A stretch of DNA of 64,000 nt from an uncultured Acidimicrobiia bacterium (GCA_963744905.1 CAVUUV010000002.1:261382-325381); one strand, 5' to 3'; shown: positions 50,065 to 61,974, counted from the first letter of the stretch. Notes: generated by a model not told the origin, from the sequence alone. Translations and numbers: made by a program.

Positions 50065-50337
50065 TCAGTTGACAGCGTCCTTGAGGCTCTTGCCGGCCTT
50101 GAAGGCGGGGGCCTTCGAAGCCTTGACCTGGATGGTCTCGCCCGTCTGGGGGTTACGCCCGGTGCGGGCGGCACGGTGACGCACCTCGAAGGTGCCGAAT
50201 CCGGTCAGCGACACCTTGTCACCCTTCTTCAAGGCGTCGGTGATGCTGTCCAGCACGGCGTCGAGATGGGCCTGGGCGTCTGCCTTGGTGCCGTCGGTGG
50301 CGGCAGCGATGGCATCGACGAGTTCGGACTTGTTCAT
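50065..50337 (-). CDS. hup: HU-family nucleoid-associated DNA-binding protein
   Basis: [11 protein letters not shown]...[26 protein letters not shown] (HU arm). Confidence 0.9.
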   Translation of the reverse strand: MNKSELVDAIAAATDGTKADAQAHLDAVLDSITDALKKGDKVSLTGFGTFEVRHRAARTGRNPQTGETIQVKASKAPAFKAGKSLKDAVN

Positions 50338-50463
50338 GAACGTCTCCTCCTTTGGAGAACGGAACTACAGATACGTAATTCTGGTAGGACCGCCGGGGCT
50401 ATGCAAGCCAAAGCCGCGCAACGAAAGGGTTTTCGCGCTCTGGTGCGACCACGGGAAAGGCTC

Positions 50464-51450
50464 TCAGATGAGCCCGAGCGACTCCACCGCCTCCCGCTCG
50501 GAGACCAGTTCCGCCACCGAGGCGTCGATGCGCTGGCGCGACCAGGCATCGATCTCCAGGTCAGGGACGATCCGCCACTCCCCGTTGGCGGTCGTACACG
50601 GAAAAGAACAGATCAGCCCCTCGGGGACACCGTAGGAGCCGTCGGAGGGCACCGACATCGACACCCAGTCACCTTCCGGTGTGCCGCTGGTCCAGTCCCG
50701 CACATGACAGATGGCGGCGTTGGCGGCGGAAGCGGCCGACGAAGCACCCCGCGCCTCGATGATCGCCGCTCCCCGCTTGGCAACAGTGGGAATGAACTCG
50801 TTCTCGACCCAGGCGCGATCGTCCACCACCTCCATGGCCGGTCGCCCCGATATCTCGGCGTGGAACAGGTCTGGATACTGGGTCGAAGAGTGATTTCCCC
50901 AAATCGACATCCGACGAATGTCTGACACCGGCACTCCTACCTTGTTGGCGACCTGGCTCAGAGCGCGGTTGTGGTCGAGGCGGGTCATGGCCGTGAACCG
51001 GCGCGGGTCGAGACCCCGGGCGTTGCTCATGGCGATGAGGGCATTGGTGTTGGCCGGGTTGCCCACCACCAGCACGTGCACCAGCGGAGAGGCGGCCTCG
51101 GCCAACGCACGGCCCTGGGGCTTGAAGATGCCCCCGTTCGCCTCGAGGAGATCGCTCCGTTCCATCCCCGCCTTGCGAGGCATGGCTCCCACCAGGAGGG
51201 CGACATCGGCGTCGGCGAACGCCTCCTCGGCATCGCTGGTCATGACCAGACCATCCAACAGGGGGTAGGCACAATCCTCCAATTCCATGGCCACTCCTTC
51301 CAGAGCACCCATGGCGGGAGGTATCTCGAGCATCTGCAGGGTCACGGGCTGATGGGGCCCGAGCATTTCGCCGGCGGCGATCCTGAAGAGCAGGCTGTAT
51401 CCGATCTGTCCGGCCGCCCCGGTGACGGCCACGCGTTTGGTGGAACTCAT
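50464..51450 (-). CDS. mdh: Malate dehydrogenase (NAD-dependent, LDH-like cytoplasmic type)
   Basis: [26 protein letters not shown]...[10 protein letters not shown]. Confidence 0.9.
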   Translation of the reverse strand: MSSTKRVAVTGAAGQIGYSLLFRIAAGEMLGPHQPVTLQMLEIPPAMGALEGVAMELEDCAYPLLDGLVMTSDAEEAFADADVALLVGAMPRKAGMERSDLLEANGGIFKPQGRALAEAASPLVHVLVVGNPANTNALIAMSNARGLDPRRFTAMTRLDHNRALSQVANKVGVPVSDIRRMSIWGNHSSTQYPDLFHAEISGRPAMEVVDDRAWVENEFIPTVAKRGAAIIEARGASSAASAANAAICHVRDWTSGTPEGDWVSMSVPSDGSYGVPEGLICSFPCTTANGEWRIVPDLEIDAWSRQRIDASVAELVSEREAVESLGLI

Positions 51451-51527
51451 GGCGGTGAGCGTAGTGGGCTGTGGGACGGACGAACCAGACGGCTCAAGTC
51501 GAGTCGCCCCGGGGTCGATACAGCCTC

Positions 51528-51767
51528 ATGTCACACAAAGCGAGCCAGATCAGCACATTCCACCTGGTGGCCCTGGTCACAACCCTCGTGGCGTCAGCCA
51601 TTCTGGCTGCGGTGAGCGTCTTCGTGGCGATCGCGCTGGGGACGCCCGCCGCACTCGGGTGGGTGATTCTGGCGGCAGTTGCCGGCTGGTATACGCTCGA
51701 CAAATTGACGGCGATGAAACCGAGCGGCTCGCCCCGTCACGCCAGGTCGAGCGTCACATCCAGCTGA
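51528..51767 (+). CDS. Possible small membrane protein
   Basis: Two hydrophobic helices (LVALVTTLVASAILAAVSVFVAIALG / VILAAVAGWYTL). Weak call; overlaps the nadC 3' end. Confidence 0.25.
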   Translation: MSHKASQISTFHLVALVTTLVASAILAAVSVFVAIALGTPAALGWVILAAVAGWYTLDKLTAMKPSGSPRHARSSVTSS

Positions 51768-52576
51768 GGGGCCGAGTGGGTAATCCAGCCCACTGAGATC
51801 ACGTCCACCCCAGTCTCGGCGATGGCCCGCACGTTGTGGCGAGTCACGCCTCCCGAAGCCTCGCACACCATCTGGCCGTCCACTCTTCGCACCGCCTTTG
51901 ACAACGTGGCCAGGTCCATGTTGTCCAGCAGCACCAGGTCGGCCCCCACGGCCAGCAGCTCATCGAGCTGATCCAAACTCTCCACCTCCACCTCGATCTT
52001 GACCGTGTGCCCTACCCGGGTCCTGGCCGCCAAGACGGCCTCGGTCAAGCTACCGGCGACGGCGATGTGGTTGTCCTTGATCATCACCGCGTCGTATAGC
52101 CCGAATCGGTGGTTGCGCCCTCCCCCCGTCCTCACCGCGTACTTGTCCAGAGCTCTCAGGCCGGGCATCGTCTTGCGCGTATCCATGATGGCGGCGCCTG
52201 TCCCTTCCACCAGCCGGACCAGCTCGGCGGTGGCGGTGGCCACCCCCGACATGCGACCCAGGAGGTTCAGGGCGGTGCGTTCCCCGGTCAGGATCGAGCG
52301 GGCCGGGCCGGTTACCACAGCCACCGTTGTCATCGCCTCGACCTCCTCCCCATCGAGGGAGCGGCCCTCGAAGGTGATACGCCCGTCGACCCGGGCGAAG
52401 ACGGTACCCGCTACCTCCAGACCCGCCAGTACCCCCGGGGCCCGGACCACGACATGGCCTGTGGCCTCGGCATCGGCCGGGATGCAGGCGTCGCTGGTCA
52501 GGTCACCTGCCTGGGCGAGGTCCTCGTCGAGAGCACGGCGGATCACTTCGGCGTACATGGATGAGTGCAGCGACAC
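51737..52576 (-). CDS. nadC: Nicotinate-nucleotide pyrophosphorylase (quinolinate phosphoribosyltransferase)
   Basis: Conserved QPRTase regions ...LLDNMDLATL...GGV. Confidence 0.9.
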   Translation of the reverse strand: MSLHSSMYAEVIRRALDEDLAQAGDLTSDACIPADAEATGHVVVRAPGVLAGLEVAGTVFARVDGRITFEGRSLDGEEVEAMTTVAVVTGPARSILTGERTALNLLGRMSGVATATAELVRLVEGTGAAIMDTRKTMPGLRALDKYAVRTGGGRNHRFGLYDAVMIKDNHIAVAGSLTEAVLAARTRVGHTVKIEVEVESLDQLDELLAVGADLVLLDNMDLATLSKAVRRVDGQMVCEASGGVTRHNVRAIAETGVDVISVGWITHSAPQLDVTLDLA

Positions 52577-52600
52577 GGCCCGATCAGGCTACCGGCCGAC

Positions 52601-54121
52601 TCAGATGGGAACCAGCTCCACCGGGGTGGCCTGGACCATGGTTCGCTCCGCCTGGAGCGGATCCGGCTCGGGGTAGTCGGCGCGGTAGTGACCTCCTCGT
52701 GATTCGCTCCGGCGCAAGGCGGCCGGGATCACGAAACGGGCCACATCGGCCGCCACCCGGCCCCCCACGGATCTGCGCAGCACGGGGTCGAGGTCCAGCA
52801 GCTGGTTGCGGGCATCCCACAGCCCATTCCCGGTCCGGACCAATCCCACCCGCTCCCACATCAGCTTGCGCAACTCCTCGAACGCGGGCCCGGAGCGGAG
52901 CGGCAGATCCAGGGCCTCGGGGGGCACCAGAAACGGCCCACTGCCCAGACGAGGAGCACGGGCGAAGACGTCGGCCGCCACCCGGGCGCCGAAGACCAGG
53001 CCCTCCAGAAGCGAGTTGGAGGCGAGCCGGTTGGCACCGTGAACGCCGGTGGAGGCGCATTCTCCCACCGCCCACAGCCCGGGCATCGATGTGCGGCCGT
53101 CGGGGTCGGCGTCGATGCCTCCCATGAAGTAGTGGGCGGCAGGCGAGACCGGGAGCGGATCGGTGGTCGGATCGAGGCCGATCGACTGGGCATGGGTGTA
53201 GACGGTGGGGAATCTGGACGAGAAGTTGCCGATCATGCGCCCATCGAGATAGGCCCCGGCTCCTTTGTCGAGTTGCCACCAGATGGCCCGAGCAACGATG
53301 TCGCGGGGCGCCAGCTCCGCGTCGGGGTGTTGGGTGAGCATGAAGCGACGGCCGTGGGCGTCGATCAGCTTGGCGCCTTCCCCCCGCAAAGCCTCGGTCA
53401 GCAGCGGCATCGGGTCCTTCCCCCCTGCCATGGCGGTGGGATGGAACTGGACGAACTCCATGTCCACCAGGCGGACTCCTGCCCTGGCGGCCATGGCGAT
53501 CCCGTCGCCCCTCACCCCAACCGGGTTGGTGGTGTGGGAGTAGAGACGCCCGATGCCGCCCGTGGCGAGCACCACCGCCGGCGCCAGGATCACCCGTCTG
53601 TTGCCGCGCTGATCGGCAGCCACCACTCCCGCCGCCCGGCCATGGGTCTGGACCAGGTCGACCGCCCGCCATCCCTCCATCTGATTCACCTGCGGGTTGC
53701 GATCGGCCGCTTTCATGAGGGTGTTCATCACCTCGGCCCCGGTGGCGTCGCCGTCGGCGTGCAGTATCCGCCGTCGGGAGTGACCCGCCTCGCGCCCGTA
53801 GACGAGGTCGCCCTCCTCGTCTGTGTCGAAATGCGCCCCCAGGGCGATGAGACGCTCGACGGCCTCCGGGCCCCCCTCGGTCAGTATCTCGACTACGTTC
53901 TCCACCGCCAGACCGGCCGACACCCCGATCGTGTCGGCCGCGTGCAGGTCGGGGTTGTCCCCCTGGTTCATGGCCACGGCGATCCCCCCCTGCGCCCACC
54001 AGGTCGATCCGGGCTCGTCTGCCAGCAGAACGGCGGCCCTGGGCAGCGCCAGAGCGACGGTGAGACCGGCTACCCCCGCCCCCACCACCAGCGGCTCATC
54101 CAGCCGGACAGAGTCGGTCAC
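52601..54121 (-). CDS. nadB: L-aspartate oxidase
   Basis: FAD-binding VVGAGVAGLTVA and succinate-dehydrogenase-like flavoprotein fold. Confidence 0.9.
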   Translation of the reverse strand: MTDSVRLDEPLVVGAGVAGLTVALALPRAAVLLADEPGSTWWAQGGIAVAMNQGDNPDLHAADTIGVSAGLAVENVVEILTEGGPEAVERLIALGAHFDTDEEGDLVYGREAGHSRRRILHADGDATGAEVMNTLMKAADRNPQVNQMEGWRAVDLVQTHGRAAGVVAADQRGNRRVILAPAVVLATGGIGRLYSHTTNPVGVRGDGIAMAARAGVRLVDMEFVQFHPTAMAGGKDPMPLLTEALRGEGAKLIDAHGRRFMLTQHPDAELAPRDIVARAIWWQLDKGAGAYLDGRMIGNFSSRFPTVYTHAQSIGLDPTTDPLPVSPAAHYFMGGIDADPDGRTSMPGLWAVGECASTGVHGANRLASNSLLEGLVFGARVAADVFARAPRLGSGPFLVPPEALDLPLRSGPAFEELRKLMWERVGLVRTGNGLWDARNQLLDLDPVLRRSVGGRVAADVARFVIPAALRRSESRGGHYRADYPEPDPLQAERTMVQATPVELVPI

Positions 54122-54159
54122 GCCCCGTCCCGCACCCTTCCAACCACCACCGCCGCCGC

Positions 54160-54285
54160 CGCCTTCTTTGGACGCTGACGAACGCCCCTACCCTTCTTTG
54201 GACCGTCACCGTCGCTATGCGTTCCCCACGGTCCAAAGAAGGGATTTTCGCGTTCCCCACGGTCCAAAGAACAGCGAGGGCGACC
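54160..54285. repeat. Dispersed hairpin-rich intergenic repeat element, copy A (between nadA and nadB)
   Basis: Contains 4x CCTTCTTTGGAC / GTCCAAAGAAGG inverted motifs. About 85% identical over ~115 bp to the reverse complement of 61975..62095. Confidence 0.8.
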
Positions 54286-54314
54286 CGAGCCGTCCAAGCA
54301 AGGCGGATGTCGGG

Positions 54315-55283
54315 TCAGCCATTGCGGCCGACTTCGAGCATTCGCTCGACCGCCCGTCGGGCGCGAACAGCCACGTCGGCGTCGATCTCGACCTGGTGAG
54401 TCATGGTCTCCAGCGAACGCCGGATCCCCTCCAGAGTGATCCTCTTCATGTGGGGGCAAAGGTTGCAGGGCCGAACGAACTCGGTATCTGGTGACTCGAG
54501 GGCGACGTTGTCGGCCATGGAGCACTCGGTGATCATCATCACCCGTTGGGGCTGATGAGCCCTGACCCAGTCGATCATGCCGTTGGTTGACCCCACGTAG
54601 TCTGCCTCGGCGAGCACATCGGGCGGGCACTCGGGGTGAGCGATCACCGATACCTCCCCGAGGCCCTGGCGATGAGCCGCTATCTCCTGGCCGGTGAACC
54701 GCTCATGCACCATGCACGAGCCGGCCCAGGTGTGGACCTCGACGTCGGTCTGGGACGCCACCCACGAAGCCAGATACTGATCGGGGATGAATATCACCTC
54801 GTCCACCCCCAGGGACTCCACCACCGCCTTGGCATTGCCCGAGGTGCAGCAGACGTCGGACTCAGCCTTGACCTCGGCCGAGGTGTTTACGTAGGTCACC
54901 ACCGGCGCCCCCGGATACTGGCTGCGTAGCCGCCTGACGTCAGCCCCAGTGATTCCCTCCGAAAGCGAGCACCCGGCCCGCAGATCCGGGACCAGCACGG
55001 TCTTGTCGGGATTGATGATCTTGGCCGTCTCGGCCATGAAATGGACCCCGGCCAGCACGATGACGTCCGCGTCGGTGTCGCGGGCCACCTGTGCCAGGTA
55101 GAGCGAGTCGCCCCTGAGGTCGGCGGTGGCGAAGATGTCGGGGGTCATGTAGTTGTGGGCCGCCACCACCGCGTTCCGCTCCGCTTTGAGCCGATCGATC
55201 TCGGCCAGCAACGGCTCCAACGCCGCCCTCTCGAGCGGGGGCAGGACGTCACTCTGGCGGGTGATCTGCAAGGTCGTCACGTT
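54315..55283 (-). CDS. nadA: Quinolinate synthase
   Basis: ...AAHNYMTPDIF...VHFMAETAKI...; GTG start at ~55283 after GGATGAGAG. The track ORF extends further. Confidence 0.9.
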   Translation of the reverse strand, partial: NVTTLQITRQSDVLPPLERAALEPLLAEIDRLKAERNAVVAAHNYMTPDIFATADLRGDSLYLAQVARDTDADVIVLAGVHFMAETAKIINPDKTVLVPDLRAGCSLSEGITGADVRRLRSQYPGAPVVTYVNTSAEVKAESDVCCTSGNAKAVVESLGVDEVIFIPDQYLASWVASQTDVEVHTWAGSCMVHERFTGQEIAAHRQGLGEVSVIAHPECPPDVLAEADYVGSTNGMIDWVRAHQPQRVMMITECSMADNVALESPDTEFVRPCNLCPHMKRITLEGIRRSLETMTHQVEIDADVAVRARRAVERMLEVGRNG

Positions 55284-55344
55284 ACGGCTCTCATCCGACC
55301 CAAAAGGGTAAGCCGCTCCCACCCCCAACCGAACCGGCCAACCG

Positions 55345-56547
<1,203 letters not shown>

Positions 56548-56806
56548 GGGACTCCTCAGGCTGGTGCTATCTGAAGATGAGGGTAACCGCCGACGACCGG
56601 GCCGGATTCGCCCCGCAGGAGCGTCCGAATCCCCACGTCGGGGGGAAGTCAGCGTCTCCTCAGCCGGAGGGGGGGCCGAGCAAAGCGAGGCGGAGGGGGA
56701 TCCGGAACCCGCAGTCTCCTCCCGGCGGGGTCTGTTCCGGGCGGCGCTAGCATCGTTCGACGTGGCAACCACCGTTCGCACAGCCAGGCCACCGGCAGAT
56801 CAGTTC

Positions 56807-57145
56807 ATGCGACGATTGCTGGGGGTCGAGGGTGACCCCGTCAAGGGGGCCGTGTTCGACGCGCAGAACAAGCTGCGCAGCTCGATCATCATCTCCGGAA
56901 TCCGCTGCACGATCACCTATCTGCTGGTACCGATCATCACCCCCATCGTCGGCTTCATGAGTACGGTGGCGGCGCCGATCAGCATCGGCCTGTCTTTCAT
57001 CGCCATATTCTTCGGCTACAACAGCCTCAAACGATTCTGGCTGGCCGATCACCGCTTCAGATGGCGCTACACGATCTTCATCACCGTGGTGTGGTCACTA
57101 CTGGTGGTGGGCATCGTCACCGACGTGGTAGGTCTTGTCGCCTGA
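56807..57145 (+). CDS. Hypothetical small membrane protein (3 TM)
   Basis: Internal ATG chosen; a ~118-codon low-complexity region upstream is probably not translated. Confidence 0.4.
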   Translation: MRRLLGVEGDPVKGAVFDAQNKLRSSIIISGIRCTITYLLVPIITPIVGFMSTVAAPISIGLSFIAIFFGYNSLKRFWLADHRFRWRYTIFITVVWSLLVVGIVTDVVGLVA

Positions 57146-57542
57146 TCAGGCGTCGCGTCGGCTGATTTCCTCGGGAGCTCCCTGGGAGCGCCGGGTGGGC
57201 TACTCCCGTGCCGTGCGTGTGGGCGCCATGGTGTTCGTATCGGGGACCACTGCAGCCGAGCCCGATGGTGGGGTCGTGGGCCACGACGACCTCCGGGCCC
57301 AGACCCGCGAGACGCTCCGCAGGATCGATTCCGCTCTCCACGAGGCCGGGGCCCGCCTGGACCAGGTGGTCCGAACCCGCATCTTCATCACCGACATCTC
57401 CCGCTGGGAAGAGGTGGCCGAGATCCACGGGGAGGTCTTCGGTGACATCCGGCCCGCTTCGACCATGGTGGAGGTGGCAGCGCTGATCGACCCCACCTTG
57501 CTGGTCGAGATCGAAGCCGATGCCGTCATTGCCGCCGGGTAA
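57135..57542 (+). CDS. RidA/YjgF/TdcF-family protein
   Basis: ...RTRIFITDISRWEEVAEIHGEVFG...PASTMVEVAAL... Confidence 0.8.
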   Translation: MSPDQASRRLISSGAPWERRVGYSRAVRVGAMVFVSGTTAAEPDGGVVGHDDLRAQTRETLRRIDSALHEAGARLDQVVRTRIFITDISRWEEVAEIHGEVFGDIRPASTMVEVAALIDPTLLVEIEADAVIAAG

Positions 57543-57602
57543 CCCCTGGCGGGGTCGATAAAGTCCGACCCGTGACCGGACCCGACCAGTATTCGCAGGA
57601 GG

Positions 57603-59219
57603 TTGCCCGCGGACGGGCGGCTCCTCTCCCGCCAGGCCTGGGATGAGGCGGTGAAGGCCTTCGCGCTGGCCGATCGCACGGGCGAGCTGGAACCCGAGGA
57701 TCTCGTCGACTGGGCCATGGCCGCCTACCTCCTGGGCAGGGTCGAAGTGTCGGTGGACGCCCTGTCCCGCGCCTATCAGCGCTTCATGGTCGAAAATGAG
57801 CCCGGCCAGGCCATTAGGAGCGGGTTCTGGATGATCTACATCCTCCTCTCCAGGGGTGACACCGCCCAGGCCGGAGGCTGGATCGCCCGTTGTGCGCACG
57901 TGCTCGAACAGCTTCCACCCGACGCGGTCGAACGGGGCTACATGCTGGCACTCCAATCCCACCGCCAGGCCGCCATGGAACACGACTACCAGCAGGCGCA
58001 TGAGACCGCCCAGAAGGCTGTGGACGCCGGGCGCCGGGGAGGCGACTCCGATCTGGTCGCCCTGGCCCTGAACAGCGGCGGACGAGCACTGATCCGGCTG
58101 GGCCGGACCGACGAGGGAATGGGTTGGCTGGACGAGGCGATGGTGTCGGTCGTCTCGGGTGAACTCTCCGCCACCGTCGCCGGCACCGTCTACTGCTCTT
58201 TGATCGAAGCCTGCGAGGAGATCTCCGAGTTCCGGCGCGCTCAGGAGTGGACCGAGGCCCTGACCCGGTGGTGCGACGGCCAGCAGGGGATGCTCACCTT
58301 CAACGGGCAGTGCCTAACCCATCGGGCCATGATCCTGCGCCGGCACGGCGACTGGACGGCCGCTGCCGAGGAAGCCGTTCGAGCCTGCGAGAAGTTCCGG
58401 GGCGCCTCCGACGAGGTCGCCACCGGCAGGGCCCTGTATCAGCTGGCCGAGGTCCGGCGGGTGTCGGGGAGTGAGACGGAGGCAGAGGAGCTCTACCGCC
58501 AGGCCAGCGAATGGGGCCACGACCCTCAGCCGGGCCTGGCGCTCCTTCGCCTCGCTCAAGGCAAGGTCGAGACGGCGGCAGCCGCCATGCGCCGATCCCT
58601 GGCCGAGGCCGGCGGCCGGATCGATCGACTCCGCCTATTGCCCGCCTTCGTCGAGGTGATGCTGGCGGCCGACGACGTCGAGGCCGCCCTCACCGGGGTC
58701 GAGGATCTGGAGCAGGCCGCGACCACCTATGGCACCTCGGCCCTGGAAGCCGAGGCGGACATGGCCAGAGGGGCGGTACTGGTAAGGAAGGGTGAACCGG
58801 ATGAGGCACTCAACCATCTCCGGCGGGCCTACGACAGGTGGCGAATGGTGGAGGCCCCCTTCGAAGCGGCTCGAACCCGAATCCTGATCGGCCTGGCCTG
58901 TCGGGAGCTGGGGGATGAAGACTCCGCCGGCCTCGAGCTGGAGGCGGCCCGACAGGCTCTGACGGACCTCGGCGCCGTCTCGGCTCTGGCCGAATTGGGG
59001 CGACTCACCGGCGAGGCTCCTCCTTCCCATCCCCTGACCGACCGCGAGCTCGAGGTGCTGCGGCTGGTGGCCACCGGGATGACCAACAAGGAGATCGCCG
59101 ATCAGCTTTTCGTGGCCGTCAAAACCGTGGACCGCCACGTGGGCAACATCCTCACCAAACTGGGAGTCGCGTCCCGTACCGCCGCCACCGCCTTCGCCTA
59201 CGAGCACGAGCTGATCTGA
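57603..59219 (+). CDS. LuxR-family transcriptional regulator with TPR-like N-terminal region
   Basis: C-terminal LTDRELEVLRLVATGMTNKEIADQLFVAVKTVDRHVGNILTKLG. Start uncertain: AGGAGG abuts the TTG at 57603. Confidence 0.7.
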   Translation: MPADGRLLSRQAWDEAVKAFALADRTGELEPEDLVDWAMAAYLLGRVEVSVDALSRAYQRFMVENEPGQAIRSGFWMIYILLSRGDTAQAGGWIARCAHVLEQLPPDAVERGYMLALQSHRQAAMEHDYQQAHETAQKAVDAGRRGGDSDLVALALNSGGRALIRLGRTDEGMGWLDEAMVSVVSGELSATVAGTVYCSLIEACEEISEFRRAQEWTEALTRWCDGQQGMLTFNGQCLTHRAMILRRHGDWTAAAEEAVRACEKFRGASDEVATGRALYQLAEVRRVSGSETEAEELYRQASEWGHDPQPGLALLRLAQGKVETAAAAMRRSLAEAGGRIDRLRLLPAFVEVMLAADDVEAALTGVEDLEQAATTYGTSALEAEADMARGAVLVRKGEPDEALNHLRRAYDRWRMVEAPFEAARTRILIGLACRELGDEDSAGLELEAARQALTDLGAVSALAELGRLTGEAPPSHPLTDRELEVLRLVATGMTNKEIADQLFVAVKTVDRHVGNILTKLGVASRTAATAFAYEHELI

Positions 59220-59240
59220 CCCGGAGATGGCGCCGAGGGG

Positions 59241-59705
59241 TCATACGAAACGGCGCACCCGATCCCGATACCGAAGGTAATCGGTGCCGAAGGTGGCGAT
59301 GAGACGAGTCTCTTCCCGGCGTGCCTCACGCCGCACCCACCATCCGAGGACGGGAGAAAGGAAAAGGGGCCAGCGAGTATCAAAGGCCGGGGCCACCCCG
59401 AGGTAGGCCATAGTCCAGGCCACATACATCGGATGCCGCGACCATCGGTAGGGCCCGTCGACCACCAGCCCCGCCGGGTGCTCGAGGTCGAGCTCCCCGG
59501 CGGCACGCGTGGCCCAGGCAGCCAGAGCCACCCCGGCCATGATCATCGACAATCCCAGCCTTCGGCCGCGCCCCAACGGCTTGGGCCATCGGCGGGAAAG
59601 GAACAGCGACAGGCCCATCAGCGCCAGGTGGCCTTCCGGCACGGGGAAGTTGGCCCACCTCCATTCTCTTGATCCGTCGGGTGTGCCCGGGAGGCTCATT
59701 CTCAT
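59241..59705 (-). CDS. Isoprenylcysteine carboxyl methyltransferase (ICMT)/phospholipid methyltransferase-family membrane protein
   Basis: ...RWSRHPMYVAW...GTDYLRYRDRVRRFV. Confidence 0.7.
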   Translation of the reverse strand: MRMSLPGTPDGSREWRWANFPVPEGHLALMGLSLFLSRRWPKPLGRGRRLGLSMIMAGVALAAWATRAAGELDLEHPAGLVVDGPYRWSRHPMYVAWTMAYLGVAPAFDTRWPLFLSPVLGWWVRREARREETRLIATFGTDYLRYRDRVRRFV

Positions 59706-59816
59706 CGAACCTACCTCCCCGAGACCCGCCCGGGATGTGGGTAATTACACCCAGCACCACCCAAGCCGGATTTTGGCAATCCTCCCGAAGACCGGCACTG
59801 CCCCTTCTCCGTACCT

Positions 59817-60782
59817 TTGTTGCGAGTCGGACGCCACCCCTGGAGAATCATGTCGATCACCGAATACGCCCGGGCCCAGCAAGAGATGCTCGATCGCTAC
59901 GGGCTCGCCCCGGAAACCGATTTCGTCGATGTGGCCGCAATCGATGGCCGGGCCCACGTGATCATGTGTGGCGACGGCCCCCCGGTGATGATGCTGATCG
60001 GGGGCGGCGTGCCGGCCGCAATGTGGGCGCCCCTGATGGCTCGGCTCGACGGATTCACCCTCTACGCCGTCGACCTGCCCGGCCACGGCCTGTCGGACCG
60101 GGCCGAGTTCACCACCTCGACCCTGCGACCCATGATGACCTCCTTCCTTCGCCAGGTGCTGGATGGGCTCGGGCTGGACCGACCCGTATTCGTGTCCCAG
60201 TCGATCGGAGGACTCATCACCACCTGGCTGGCTCTGGAGGATCCGGACAGGGTCGCATCTATCTCCTATGTCGGATGCCCGGCCCTGATGCTCGGGACCT
60301 CGGCTCCCTTCCTGCTCCGGCTTGCCTCCATCCCTCCCCTCGGCCGCCTGGTGAGAAGGCTCCAGCCGCCTTCGCCCAAGCAAGTGGATCTGGTGGCCGA
60401 CATGGCGGGCGAGGACTTCTCCGACTTCCCCGAGCTACACCACCTGATGCTGGAACTGGAGCGACTGCCGTCCTTTGGAGAGGACCTCAACCAACTCCAC
60501 TATGCCGTGGTTCGTCTCAGGGGCCCTCGCCCTGAGCTGGAGCAGACACCCGACCAACTCGCCCGGATCACCCAGCCCGTTCAACTCATTTGGGGCCAGG
60601 ACGACACCTTCGGACCTCCCACCGCCGGAGAGCGGGCAGCGCGGATCATCCCCGACGCCGAGGTTCACGTCGTCCCGGGCGGTCACGCCCCCTGGCTGCA
60701 ATCGACCCAAAGGGTCGCCGAGATCCTCACCCCGTTTCTGCGCAAGCACAGCGCAGACGCGGTCCGAGAGGACCACAGGTAG
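59817..60782 (+). CDS. Alpha/beta-fold hydrolase
   Basis: ...LYAVDLPGHGLSD..., nucleophile elbow SQSIGG, C-terminal HAPW. Confidence 0.75.
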   Translation: MLRVGRHPWRIMSITEYARAQQEMLDRYGLAPETDFVDVAAIDGRAHVIMCGDGPPVMMLIGGGVPAAMWAPLMARLDGFTLYAVDLPGHGLSDRAEFTTSTLRPMMTSFLRQVLDGLGLDRPVFVSQSIGGLITTWLALEDPDRVASISYVGCPALMLGTSAPFLLRLASIPPLGRLVRRLQPPSPKQVDLVADMAGEDFSDFPELHHLMLELERLPSFGEDLNQLHYAVVRLRGPRPELEQTPDQLARITQPVQLIWGQDDTFGPPTAGERAARIIPDAEVHVVPGGHAPWLQSTQRVAEILTPFLRKHSADAVREDHR

Positions 60783-60805
60783 AACCCACTCACAGCGAGA
60801 CGAGC

Positions 60806-61918
60806 ATGTCCCCCAAACCACTGCATGTCGACACCCTCGTCATAGGGGGCGGCCAGGCCGGCCTCGCAACCGGATACCACCTGGCCCGACGCAACGTGCC
60901 CTTCCTCGTCGTCGACGCCGGTCACCGGATCGGCGACTCGTGGCGCAATCGATGGGACTCCCTCAGGCTGTTCACCCCGGCCCGCTACAGCTCTCTCGAT
61001 GGCCTGCCCTTCCCGGCACCCGCCGACTACTGCCCGACCAAGGACGAGATGGCGGACTACCTGGAGCGGTACGCCATCCATTTCGACCTGCCTGTGAGAC
61101 TCGGATTCGAGGTGGATCGGCTCGCTCGCAGGGGGAACGGATTCGTCGTGGCGTCGGGTGATCGAGTCATCGAGGCGGGCAACGTCGTGGTGGCGATGGG
61201 CAACGAGCAGGAGCCACGGATTCCCGCCTTTGCTGGTGAACTCGATCCGACCATCACTCAACTGCACTCCTCGAGCTACCGACGCCCTTCTCAGATTCCT
61301 CCTGGGGCGGTGCTGATCGTGGGTGCGGGGAACTCCGGCGCCGAGATCGCCCTCGACCTGGCAGGGGAACACAAGGTATGGCTATCCGGTCGTCACCCCG
61401 GTCACGTGCCGGGGGACATCGACAGCTTCGTCGGCCGCAAGATCGCCTCCCGATTCGTCAACGGAGTCCTCTTCCACCACATCCTGCGGATGAGCAACCC
61501 TCTGGGACGGACGGCGTACCGGAAGCTGCGCGGGCACGGCAAGCCTCTCGTCCGAACTAAACCCAACGACCTGCTACGTTCGGGCGTCGAGACAGTCGGC
61601 CGCACCGCAGGAACCCGCCAGGGCATGCCGCTTCTCGACGACGGGCGAACGCTCGACGTTCAATGCGTGGTTTGGGCCACCGGCAGCCGCCCGGGGTTTA
61701 CCTGGATCGACCGAGACATCCTGGCAGGGGACGAGCCCGCTCATGATCGTGGGGTGGTCGGGGAGGTACCCGGCCTCTACTTCGTGGGCCTGGACTTCCT
61801 GCACGCGCTGTCCTCGGCGCAGGTCCGAGGTGTGAGCCGGGACGCGGCTCACGTCGCTGCAGCGGTTGCTGCCAGGGCCAGAGCAGCCAAGCGCCCGACC
61901 GCGAGCGGAGTCTCCTGA
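60806..61918 (+). CDS. FAD/NAD(P)-binding oxidoreductase (flavin monooxygenase-like)
   Basis: TLVIGGGQAGLATGYHL and second dinucleotide motif LIVGAGNSGAEIALDL. Start at MSPKPLHV avoids overlap with the hydrolase gene. Confidence 0.7.
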   Translation: MSPKPLHVDTLVIGGGQAGLATGYHLARRNVPFLVVDAGHRIGDSWRNRWDSLRLFTPARYSSLDGLPFPAPADYCPTKDEMADYLERYAIHFDLPVRLGFEVDRLARRGNGFVVASGDRVIEAGNVVVAMGNEQEPRIPAFAGELDPTITQLHSSSYRRPSQIPPGAVLIVGAGNSGAEIALDLAGEHKVWLSGRHPGHVPGDIDSFVGRKIASRFVNGVLFHHILRMSNPLGRTAYRKLRGHGKPLVRTKPNDLLRSGVETVGRTAGTRQGMPLLDDGRTLDVQCVVWATGSRPGFTWIDRDILAGDEPAHDRGVVGEVPGLYFVGLDFLHALSSAQVRGVSRDAAHVAAAVAARARAAKRPTASGVS

Positions 61919-61974
61919 CCAGCAGGCTCCAGTGCTAGCAGCCTGAGATAGGCGGGCTGAGTCGGCCAGTATCC

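Noticed and set aside
52584-54178. Long alternative-frame ORFs (471 aa minus strand, 379 aa plus strand) across nadB
   Set aside because: Overlap a well-supported L-aspartate oxidase gene; extreme Arg/Gly/Pro bias typical of off-frame GC-rich DNA.
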